From: Euprymna scolopes
Taxonomy: Eukaryota
DNA: 64,000 nt
Strand: one strand, 5' to 3'
Assembly: GCA_053919585.1 (NCBI GenBank)
Contig: CM132799.1
Below, in pieces: positions 37,768-48,808 of the stretch. The notes under the pieces were generated by a model. The model worked only from the letters and a program-made list of their open reading frames with translations. It did no database searches and was not told where the DNA came from. The position numbers and the translations under genes were made by a program. Position 1 is the stretch's first letter. Each line of letters opens with the position of its first letter.

Positions 37768-40192
37768 GGATTCAAATATTTTGGCGAAAAGCGAGAGGAG
37801 GCTAATGGGGTGATAATTTAATGGGTCAGTTCTTTCACCAGAATTCTTGTAAACTGGTACCACAGAAGCAGTTTTCCAGTAGTCAGGAAAGCAAGATTTG
37901 TTAAGACATTTGTTGTAAATTTTGGAGAGGATTGGAGCAACCTCAGCAGAACATTTTTTTAATAGCACTGTCAGGATGAGATCAGGTCCACATGCTTTTG
38001 AGGTGTGTACGTTTTTTTATGATATCATGCACCTGAGAAGGGGTGATTTTCAGAGCATCCAGTGTGGTGTCAGTCTGCAAAGAAAAGTCGGAGAGGGTGT
38101 GGTTTGCTGGGTCCAATGTGGAGTTTGAGGCAAGCCGACTAGAAAGCATGTTAGCCTTCTTGAATGCCGTGCAAACAACTTCATGATTGTTGGATAGTGA
38201 GGGAATTGTTGATTAACCATTATTTACTACACTGTTGTAGATTTTCCAGAAATCACAGGTTCCTAATTTCTGTGCTTTGATGCGTTTTCTGGTGGTTTCG
38301 ATACATTCTCTCTTAGCTGTCACTATTTCTTTTTTACAATTATTTCTAGCGGCTATATGCTTCTGCCTGTTTGTACTGGGCTTATGTCAGTTAAATCTGC
38401 GGTATGCATGTTGCCTTTGAGCAATGGCTGCTACACAAGTAGAAGTGAACCATTGGGGAGAGTGGGGTTTGCTATAGAATTTTCGCATGGGAACATGTGC
38501 TCCAATTGTTGTTTTGAACCATTCAGTGGTCTTATTTGCACACTGTTCATTAGAAGAGAAAAGATATTTCTCCAAGGGGCATCTCTGATGAGATCCCTGA
38601 TGGCTTCCCAGTCAACCTTCTTATAATACCTTGCTGTTTTAAGCAATGGCTCTTCAGTTTTTGATGAGAATCAAGGGTAATTTCTACCATTATCGCAGTG
38701 TGATCAGCATTCCCGAGTGGGCTATGGGCATTTGTTACACAATTATCGGGAACTGTGGTCAGAAATAGATCTCGAAGTGAAGCATATTGATCTTGCTGAT
38801 CTGAGAAACGTTTCGAAAACGTAACCATCTGTGATAGGGAATGAGATATAGAGAAGCTATGTGTTATGCTACCAGCTGTATCTGTAAGCATAGAAACCAA
38901 GCCAATTACTGCGGTGGACATTGAAGTCAGCAAATACATGTACTTATGCATTAGTATCGAGGAAGAGTGCTGCATCTATGCTGTCAGAGATTTGGTTGAT
39001 TAGGAAACAGTCCTGGATTGAGGGAGAATGGTAGAGGAAATAAAAGTAACTAATGTTATGTTGCAGGTTAAGTCTAAAGCACATAAAGGCGTGGTCGTCT
39101 GAATCTAGTTTTGATTCTCTAGTCAAGGGGAGGGTGTTTCGAATATAGACTCCAAGTTCGTGCATATGTCTGTCTGAGTTCTTACGGCAAAGTGGGAGAT
39201 AACCAGGCATGTTAAAGTGGTCAGAGGAGATGGAGGAGTGTAGGTTAGTTTCACAGTGCTAAGATAACTGTGGTGTTTGTTAGAAGAAAGGATTCAACAT
39301 CATAATTAGTTCTAAGCCTGTGGATATTCGTAAATGCAAACCTTAAGGGAGGAAGCAAATTGGTTTTGTTTGAGTTTAAGCCTGTTTTAATCATAACTTG
39401 TGATTGAACTGTCATTTTATTTTATTTAAAAGTTTCAGTTAGGATGAGAGGTGCTGGACAAAGTGATTGTGCAGAATTCCAAACATGTAACACAAGTAGA
39501 CCATCAACCAAATCCTCATCTATAAGATTATGGCCTTGGGTAAGCCCACCGGGTCATTCCGTGTCAAATCATCCAGAAATATGGGATTTTGAAACTCATA
39601 TCCCCAGATCTGGCTGTAGTTTGCACTGCAGATAGACAATATAAGAACTAAGAAATCCTGAAAATTTGAGCATATAACTCAAGCGGTTTACGATTTAGAG
39701 CTTTTTTGTTTTGGCATTAGTCACATAATAATAAGGCGACAATTTTGTGATGTCATTTCTTTGAATATTTTCTGATTGGAAGATTGTACGGCTCTAAAAA
39801 TTCATACAGATAAGTTTTTTGCCCCAAGGAATCCAAAATGGCATCAGATTTTCTCAAAAATGAAGTCTTATAAAGATATTAAGTGTTTTTGGATTTTTCC
39901 ACATGTGCCCCAAAATCGAATAATAATAATAAAAAAAAAAAAAAAAAAAAAGTGTGACTCACAGTTTTTGTTGAAAGTCTGGTATATTTTTGATGATAAT
40001 GAAAAATATACCTTCCCTCTATTGGATGTGATAATCAATTTAAACATGTGTTAAACTTATGTCACCTTAATTTTGGAATAAATTTTGAAGTAAACCGGAT
40101 ACTAAAACAGTGAAGTTCTGGTAACAATTTCAATGACCTAGCTGTCTTCAAGATTAATTGATGAGGGTTGGAAACACCAAGCCAGATAAAAG

Positions 40193-41175
40193 TATGCTTT
40201 TTTTATAAGAAGCCGTTTTATAAGAAACTAGTAATAGGATGGTGAAAATCTTAAGAAACTTCTAGTACTATCTCAAGCCAACAATTTTGATTAAGAAACT
40301 TCTTGAGAAACTTTTTTAACCCTCAAAAGACCGAGGGGGGGGATTTTGATGCAACTTTTAAAACTTTTGTTTATATTTTCCTGAAAATGTGATTTTTTTT
40401 TTTTGCTCTGATTTTTTATATAGCTTCCTGAATATTTCTAACCTATCATAAGGTGTGAAAAAATCAAATTTACAAAATAATTTTTCTCCAGGGGTGTCCT
40501 TGAGAGTAACCCCTATCAAATTTTTCAGAAATTCCAAAATAATAAAAATGACCTAAAATGGTCAAAATACAAAATTTTATTGCTTTTCATGATGGGATAC
40601 TCCAAACTATGTGGAATCTATCTGAAAACATAAAATGTTAATTAAAGTAGCAAAACTTAAATAAAAATGGTTTTCCTGAAAATCGGCATTTTTCTAAAAA
40701 AAAATCACAAGATTTCTTGACTTGACCATACTTCTTGAAGTCACTGCACATCAACAAAATGCAAAGCCCGGCTAATTTTTGTTGATATGTGATCTAAGAA
40801 GACTAAGGAACGCAAAGATATAAAATTGTTTCAATTTCTTGTGTTTCGTGGGGTTTATACACATTTTTAAATTCTGGATTTGCACTTCAGAAAAGAACAC
40901 ATGGTTTTGCAAGGGTTAAGAAACAAATCCTACATTACCTTATTGGCTCCGTGAAAAAAGTGAAAATGGTATATTTGTACCAGAACGTCCTCAATATTCA
41001 CACCTACAATGTGTTTACCTTACAAAATACCTTACAAAAATCCTTAAACTACATTTGCATAGTACTTGACAAATTCGATTTAGAAACTAATTAAGACATT
41101 TTTGGAAGTACGTCTCAAAAATTAAGAAACTTCTTGCACTAGGAGGGCAACTCATGTTTCTTATAAAAAAGCATG
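40193..41175. mobile_element. MITE nested in the Sola2 element (TIR atgctttttttataagaa), with internal taagaaact repeats
   Basis: Left end tatgctttttttataagaagc mirrored by gtttcttataaaaaagcatg; TSD not resolved. Confidence 0.7.
40320..40915. mobile_element. piggyBac-like non-autonomous element nested in the MITE
   Basis: TTAA|ccctcaaaagacc ... ggttttgcaaggg|TTAA; removing it restores the host motif ttaagaaac. Confidence 0.75.
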
Positions 41176-41229
41176 GAAGCAAAATGTAGTGCAACTAGTT
41201 TCTAATTTTCTTTTTTACCTTTTTTCAGA

Positions 41230-43520
41230 AAACTGGAATTGTTGAGACATTGTTGTAGAGAGTTGGGCTGAAACAAAGTAAAGGTGAATTATCAACCATT
41301 TGCTTCCATCACCAACATTATTTCCAAAATATTGTTTGTGATGGAACAAAATATGGTTTGTGATGAAGCAAAGACCACAAAGTGTTGTAATGGATTTTTA
41401 CAGCACAAGAGGTCAAAGGTGAATGACCAATATCTTTGTAGATGGCAAAAATCTGGAGGCAAGAAGGTAAAATGCAACATCAGGTCACTTTCTTTGTTAT
41501 TAGTGCACAAAGAAATATGTCAGTCTGACAGTTGATGACACAATGGATCCAGACTACGAACCTGTGAGTTCTGTGAAAACTTCACAAAAAAACCTTGAAT
41601 GCGAGACTGGTATCTATTGATGTTTCCCCTGTAGTTCTGCACAGTGTTGCTTCTCATAGCCATGTTCATAACATCAAAAGGAAGTTAGAACAAACTGTTG
41701 AAACATTTAAAAGTGACATGTACATGGTGATAAAGTTGGCGTTGGTGAACTGAATGTGCAGAATTAATGCTCAGTGAAACAGACACCAGAGAAAAAGCAG
41801 CAGAACTGGATTGATTACATTATCTGATGAAAGAGAAGTTAAAGAGCGCTTCAACTCCTGATCAAATCCAAATCATGACACTTGCTCCTGATTTCTGGTC
41901 TCGTGAATACAGTTCCAAATTCTTCAAGGTATCTATGTTGTTCAAACTGCCAGAGAACTGACAAATAGTATTTTGTCAAAATTTAATTCGATTTTCCCCA
42001 GAGACAGTCGACGTGATAATACAAATGTATGAGGATGATGAATACAGCCGCCAAATACGAGGTAAAAAGGACTTTGTTAGTATAGCAAAGGGTGTTCGCA
42101 AACAAAACGCTTGATAGTGTGTAATTTGTATGAACTGTATGTTGCAAGTGGTGTATTTTAGCTGGATCTATACATTCTGTTCTGTGACATACATCAGAAT
42201 GCAAAACTTCTTGTCAATGTCATGAAGTGGAACATCATTTACAACTATTTGATTTCAAAGTTAGTTTGTGATTCTTCAAAGTTAGTTTGTGAATAAAGAG
42301 TGTATGATGCATTACTGTGAAAACTGCCCTGGTAGAGTAGCATTGCAGAAATTCTTGGATGAGGAGCTGTATGATATGAACCCCAGTGATGAGTTTCATT
42401 TTAGTCAATGGGACACAACCAGCCATGCAACATTAACATATGCAAAATATAAAGATCTGTTGATTGACGCCATTGATAATCTTACTAAACACGCATATCT
42501 AACAAAATGGCAAGTGCCAGATACTTGAATCAAAAGAAATAGAATTTTTGTTCCAATAAGGTCCTTGTTCTGGGAGACTTTCGAGAAAACTTTCAATTTT
42601 TAATAGAAGACGAAATTCAAAGTTATCATTGGAGCAATGAATATTGTACCCTGCACTCAGTGGCGATTTACTACCGAGATTCTGATCAGCAGCCAAAGCA
42701 CATTTCATTGTGTTTTATTTCCGATGACAAAACTCATGACATTGCATTCGTGTATCGAACTCAAACACTGACTGTTCACTTAATCCAGACCTTATTACCG
42801 CATGTGAACAAATGATGGCTGCAGGGCTCAATACAAAAACTTCAAGAATTTCATCAATTTATGCTTGCGTAAGAAGGACTTTGGTATTGAAGGTGAGTAG
42901 GTTTTCTTCACCACCAGTCGTGGAAAATCCCCTTGTGATGAAATTGATGGTTCAGTAAAACGGTATGTGGCTAAGCAATCACTCCAATGGCCTCTTAATA
43001 ATTAGATCTTTGATTATAAAGCCATGCTTGCTATCTACTAGATGTCTGCCATCCGTTTCTTTGTGAACAGTAAAGAAACCATGGGGAAGGTGAGAAAGTC
43101 GCTTGAAGCAAGGTTTTCCAGTGCCAGGAACCAGAGCTAGTCACCTTTTTGTACCATTGTCAACATCACAAATTGGCCATAAGTTGTCCAGTGTGGATGA
43201 ACTATATATTGATATTCATGACTAACTTGCAATCAGTTCTTTATATATCTGACATCACACTAATCCAATATATAACTTGTATTTATAACTCTTTCTAGTA
43301 GGTTGGTATCGTGAATGAAATAAATGCAGAGGAAGGTGATGTAACTGTCAAGTTCATGCATCTCCATGGACGACGCAAGACATACAGTTTGATGATACAT
43401 GGTTTGTTCCCATCAAGAAAATTCTTTGTGTTGTATCCCTAACAACATTTACCGAAGGACATGCACAATAACTGACCAAGAATATAAAAAAAAGATCATT
43501 TTTGCATTTCAATGGCATAA
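41230..43520 (+). pseudogene. Sola2-type DDD transposase pseudogene (many stops and frameshifts)
   Basis: Motifs QIQIMTLAPDFWS, YEDDEYSR..GKKD, ECMMHYCENCPG, DFRENF, EIQSYHWSNEYCTLH, ISDDKTHD, DGCRAQYKN and TSRGKSPCDEIDGSVKR. Clade assignment is from recalled motifs plus termini. Confidence 0.82.
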
Positions 43521-45390
43521 AGAACTCAGCAATATAAGTAAATGGTGAATGCTGACTTTAGTTGTGAAATCCATTATTTTCTGAATACCATTTCACTGGA
43601 ACTGTTTTATCTTTTAACATACTTTTACCAATTTTTACATGTTCACTTCTTTTAATGGACGTCTCTTTGAAGATGAAATTTATGGAATTTGGCACGAATG
43701 GTCACTCCCTGACTTAATCCCATACAGATTGAAACTGGTTGCGTCCCATGAAGGTACTTTTCAGGGAATAGTTCAAGTCCATTTTTGTATATGAAATAGT
43801 ATGTTTACTCAAAGAGGAGCCTAGCTAAAACAAACAGCCCTTATCACAATTGCGTCCTTTTGTATAAGAAAAGGAACAAGGGGAGGAGCCAAAAAGGCAG
43901 AAAATGAGTGTACATAAGTTTTTGAAATGTCTCAAAGCTTTTGCAAAAGTTTTTACTTTCAACCAACAATGTGAGTGAATAAAACAAGAACTTTTAACCA
44001 TTTAACAATTTAATTCATTTTCATTATCATCAAAAATATACCCGAATTTCAGCAGGAACTGTGAATGAACAAAACAAGAACTTTTAACCATTTTTGGTCC
44101 AGAGATAATTTATTATGTCTAAAAATAATATATGAAAAAGTAATGCATTATCATGCTAGCCATACCCTTTTTTTTTTATTCGATTTTGAGGCACATGTGG
44201 AAAAATCCGAAAACCCTTAATATCTCTATAAGGTTTCATTTTTAGAGCCATATGATCTTCCAATCAGAAAATATTCAAGGAAATGGCGTCACAAAATTGT
44301 CGTCTGGGTGTCACATTATGTGACTAATGCCAAAACAAAAAATGCTCTAAATCGGGAACCACTTGGAGTTATGTGCTCAAATTTTCAGGATTTCTTCGTT
44401 TCTATATTTTCTATCTGCAGTGCAAACTACAGCCAGATCTGGGAATATGGGTGTCAAGCCCTGGATGATTTGACACGGAATAACCCCACCAGAGATGGGT
44501 GCAGGGTATTTTTCATGCACGACATGGCACTACAACCATCCCGATATTATGCAACTGTTCATGGAGCAGCCGCTCTAAGAGCTACCAAAGAGTTAGGGCT
44601 CCTGTACTATCAGTCAGAAACAGCAGCCAGGAATTGACAAACAGGTACCCTCAACCCGTCAGACAAAAATCAACCCAATCCAATTGCATTGGCATACATG
44701 GCACTCAAGCGCCGCCAAAGTGCCCAGTTTTAGGGGATGGGAATGTGGCGAGAGAGGGGGGCGGCGTTCAATGCCCTTGTCAGGAAACAAGGTCGAACAT
44801 TGGGTATTTCTGTTGAGTTCCTGTGCTCGCACTTCTGCGCCTGACTAATTGGCAAAGAAGGAGTATGAAAGCCGGGTGATAGACAGAGCCTATCTACTCC
44901 TTAAACAGTTTAGATTTGCAAACTGGTAATTTGTTTGAGTCACCAGCTCTAGGAAAGTCATCGACCAGGACTGAAGAGGCCTCCCACTCCTAGGTTTAGC
45001 TTCAGAGTTTTTCTTCTTCTAGACAGATGACCTGAGAAGATCTATGGGTTCATCAGCATCGAGAGGGTTAATCCTAAACCAGGTATTTCTGCGACCCCGC
45101 ATGGGTAGTTAATGTTCATGGGATGGTTTTTAAAGGTAATATATCTACGGAAAAATTACACTCGTCAGAATAAATTAAAAGGACATTACTATGCTTTCCA
45201 TTTCATTGTTACTGGAAGAAAGGATAAGTAAAATTTCATGCAGTGGAAGCAACTAAATTTGCAACTGGTTGGTTTGAAATGGAGTTAATATTTGATTTAA
45301 AATATTATTCATATTTTAGTTTGGGAATAGGATAATAAGTTAAAGTATTAAATTGATATTAGGAATTAAAGTTTGATGTCTGATCTCTGG

Positions 45391-45421
<31 letters not shown>

Positions 45422-46157
45422 TAAGGACACCATTAGTTGGAATTAAAACTTAAATGTTCATGTCTTCAGCCTTTCATTTTATTAACCAAGCTAATTGTGA
45501 CAATCATTAGAAAATGTTTGAAATTAATATATTTAAAATTAGAAATGAATCGTACAAAATTGTAATTCATTCAAAACTTTTTATAAAATTGTGCAGTCTT
45601 AGAAACAACTTTCACATTTATTCATTTAGATGAACTGTTTCTTGTTTCAACATTACAATCCTTATAAATATAATTTTACATAGTCATGTGTTCAAATTTT
45701 TTTAATAATAGTTTTTAGGATTCACTTAAGTTTTTCTCCATCTTATTTTTAATTTTAATAAATATTTGATTAATAGTAAATAAAAAAAATTGGTGTGTAT
45801 TAAAATTACATTTAGACAAGAAATACACACACACACATCATATCTGATAGTTTTATTAATACAAAGGTTAGGTTTATAAATACGTCAAATCCTTTTGTAT
45901 TATCTTATACATGACCAAGTAGATAAGTGTTGGTTAAGTAATATTTTAGGGTGAATTTTAACTAAAATGACTAGATTTGACATTGGATAAACTGAAAAGG
46001 GTTGATACGCTAAAAAAAAAAATCACCAAAAAACATGGTGACATACTAATGTCAAAATACAAAGTTCATAAAGGGTTAGCATAATAAAAAATTTAGTTGA
46101 TTAGCATTTTTTTCTCTTTTTCTGATTAATTCCTATGAATTGAATTTGCTGTCATTA

Positions 46158-46181
46158 TCTTCACTCTTATATGAAAGTCAC

Positions 46182-46225
<44 letters not shown>

Positions 46226-46790
46226 TTCCTTGCTCATAGGTTCCGAAATGGCTGAGCCTGTCTTTTGCAAAATTCACACAAAGGTAATTTATATGTCTGA
46301 ACTAACATATGTTTTGTACAGAAATTCATTTGATAAGTATCGGAAATCGAAAAAATCCTATCTTAAAAATATTCTCTCTTATAGATAAAAAAATAATTTT
46401 TACAAGGGAATATTTTATGTTACACTGGCCAAGGGAAATAATAAAATCTCCCCTAGATATATTGTAATCTGGAGATCTAGCTCAATGCTTGAGCATTCGA
46501 CTACAGATCGAATGATCCCTTATTCAAGCCCAGGTGTAACTCACCATTTTATTTTAATTTTTTTTTTTTATTAATGAATCCAATTTACGATAAAAGAAGT
46601 ACCATTTAAAATCTTTTCAAATCATTTCTTCGTTTGCATATTTTAAAACTAAGCATTAATCAGAAGGATTCCTCGTAATATAATAATCAATAGGGGATTA
46701 ATTCTATAATAATACATATGCAATCTGCATAAATTAAAATATTCTGTTTAAGTGTATTATATGACCAGGCAATACTGGGCGTCCAGCTAG
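46158..46790 (+). mobile_element. Non-autonomous Helitron H6 (different family) with (TG)n and a tRNA relic
   Basis: A|TC start, (TG)n near the 5' end, 3' hairpin ccaggcaatactggg followed by CTAG|T. Confidence 0.75.
46471..46546 (+). pseudogene. tRNA-Cys-derived pseudogene inside Helitron H6
   Basis: D stem gctc/gagc and anticodon stem ttcga/tcgaa intact; loop ct-aca-ga versus Cys ct-gca-ga; acceptor stem unpaired; T-run follows. Confidence 0.7.
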
Positions 46791-47755
46791 TTTTCAATAA
46801 ATTGATATTGAATTTCATTTTGGAATTGATACCTGGTTATTTTCTCAAGAATTGTGCTAAAAATATTCAAGTATTTTTTTTTTCTTGCTCAGATGAATCT
46901 AGTAAAATGTTATTTTTTTTTTGAATTGTTGGAACTTAAATTATGTTCTAAATTGAAGACAGAAATGGGGAGTCATCTGTAAAAAACAAAAAAAACATTG
47001 ACTTTATAGTCAGTTAAAAAAACAAACAAAACTACCCCTTCTCCTCATCCGGATTTCTAAAAAAGTGTTAACTCTGGTTCTCCACCTTTCATTATTGATT
47101 TTGAGTTTGAGTCTTCTTAGTGTTGTATCTGTTAGGTGAGTGAAAGTTGCAACTAAGCTAACCAAACATGTTTAATCAGTTAACTGTCGATAATTACTCT
47201 GTTTGCTGGAGAAGGTGGATAAAGAAGTCAACAGAAAAAGAATGTGAAAAATAATCTATGCCGAAGCATTGAGAGTATACATATATACCAATGTTGTGTT
47301 AATGTTAGACTTTGCTGGCTTTCTGGAGAGCTCGAGAAATGTACAAGATTATAGGTTATTTGGGTCTTCTGTAACTAAAGTTTAATTTTCATAAATAAAT
47401 GCGTAAAGGTATTTGTTTTCAGAATGTTTTAAATTTAAATATTTTTTCTATTTACAAATATTTGCAGTATTGCAAATTAACCATCTGTTTATTATTGATT
47501 CCATGATTTAAAAATATTTTATTGAAGGAATTTTTTGTTTTTATAAATTGGCATGAAATATTTTGTTTTTATACAACAAATACAGGGGAAAAAATTAAAA
47601 CTTGAATTGTTTATGATCTTCAATAAGTTTATTATTCCTAGTACAAAAATGAATAGTGAATGAAAGATATTTTTTAAAGATTTATTTCGTTTAAATCTAA
47701 AACAATTTAAACATGTCACATAATTTAAGTTTTTAAATATTATTTTTTTTTACAG

Positions 47756-47806
47756 GCAATGATTGAATCTATCAAACATACTATCGTGATGCTTCAGATC
47801 ACCAAA
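47756..47806 (+). CDS. OSBPL9: OSBPL9-like coding exon D: AMIESIKHTIVMLQITK
   Basis: T-tract plus tacag acceptor, aaa|gtaagt donor, 51 nt, phase 0/0. Matches ORP9 SMVESIKHCIVLLQIAK. Confidence 0.92.
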
Positions 47807-48290
47807 GTAAGTAAACAAAATTTTAAGATTTAAATTTTTTAACTTTGATATTTTTAAAATTTCAAGCTGTTCTTTCATATAAATAATTGGTATATCCAAG
47901 TGGGCTGGATGTAGGATGATCCCCGAGGAGTCCTTTGCAGAGTAAATTCAATTAAAGAGCTCCCTATAAAGTACAGAATAACATTAAAACGAGTGTATGG
48001 AAAAGACTCAACAATTCATTGTAGCTCTTGGTAATAATTTATTTAAATTATAAACAGTCACTTCTGTAGATCAACTTGAGAATGATTGAAAACATCCAGG
48101 GACTTGTAAAGGTGCCAATTTTGATTTAACTGGGGAAAGGAGTCCTGTTTTATAGTGGGTCATTTTAAGGTTGAAGTTTTAAAATGAATATATAATTAAT
48201 AATATTAAATATAATTATTAAAAAGATCAACAAAATATAAAAATAACAAAAGAATTAAAGTTCTTTTATTTCATGTTATTTTTATGGTTC

Positions 48291-48490
48291 ATTTTATTGA
48301 TTTTTTTTTATATTGCTATACTTATATATTATTTTATTGATTTTTTTATATTGCTATACTTATATATTATTTTATTGATTTTTTTATATTGCTATACTTA
48401 TATATTATTTTATTGATTTTTTTATATTGCTATACTTATATATTATTTTATTGATTTTTTTTTTATATTGCTATACTTATATATTATTTT
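48291..48490. repeat. About 40-bp AT-rich minisatellite, 5 copies
   Basis: Units attttattgat(n)atattgctatacttatatatt. Confidence 0.9.
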
Positions 48491-48808
48491 GCTCTTCTCT
48501 TGACACTCCTTTATTCTGGGAGTTTTGTTTTTTCAAAGAGGTACTAGGTTTTCAGAGCTTTAAGTGTTGCCTATTAGCAGTTTTGTGTGATTGACATAAG
48601 ATAAACTTGCAGTACATGCATCTTAAAATACTTAGGGTTTTTTTTTTATATAATGCTAATAATTTAATGAGAATTTAATATTTATAATTTATAATATATC
48701 TATTAATACAAGTGCAAATAAATTAGGGGAAAACTAATATTTTAGAGAATTTATATTAGTATAGTTGTATTAGTTACATAATTTTTGCATTCTCATATCT
48801 TAGACAAG

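Larger units (their letters stand above)
39551..44486 (+). mobile_element. Full-length degenerate Sola2-type DNA transposon (4.9 kb including nested inserts)
   Basis: About 450-bp TIRs (gggtcattccgtgtcaaatcatccag ... ctggatgatttgacacggaataaccc); 4-bp TSD cacc at 39547-50 and 44487-90; GGG/CCC termini. Confidence 0.85.
35050..45135 (-). mobile_element. Near full-length CR1/L2-group LINE copy c, interrupted. Segments: 35050-35565 (3' end), 37766-39550 (APE endonuclease and RT start), 44491-45135 (putative GC-rich 5' UTR)
   Basis: ORFs 38944-39210, 38550-38975 (LGNADH), 38387-38575 and 37702-37968 are APE/RT pieces; 3' segment encodes MEYCCHIWAG. The 5' UTR assignment is inferred from continuity across the Sola2 TSD. 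Confidence 0.85.

Noticed and set aside
45030-45060. CTGATGA on the minus strand as a hammerhead core (also at 24352-24358)
   Set aside because: No stem II followed by GAAA at a suitable distance.
46471-46546. Functional tRNA gene
   Set aside because: Acceptor and T stems do not pair and the D-loop GG is lost; treated as a pseudogene.
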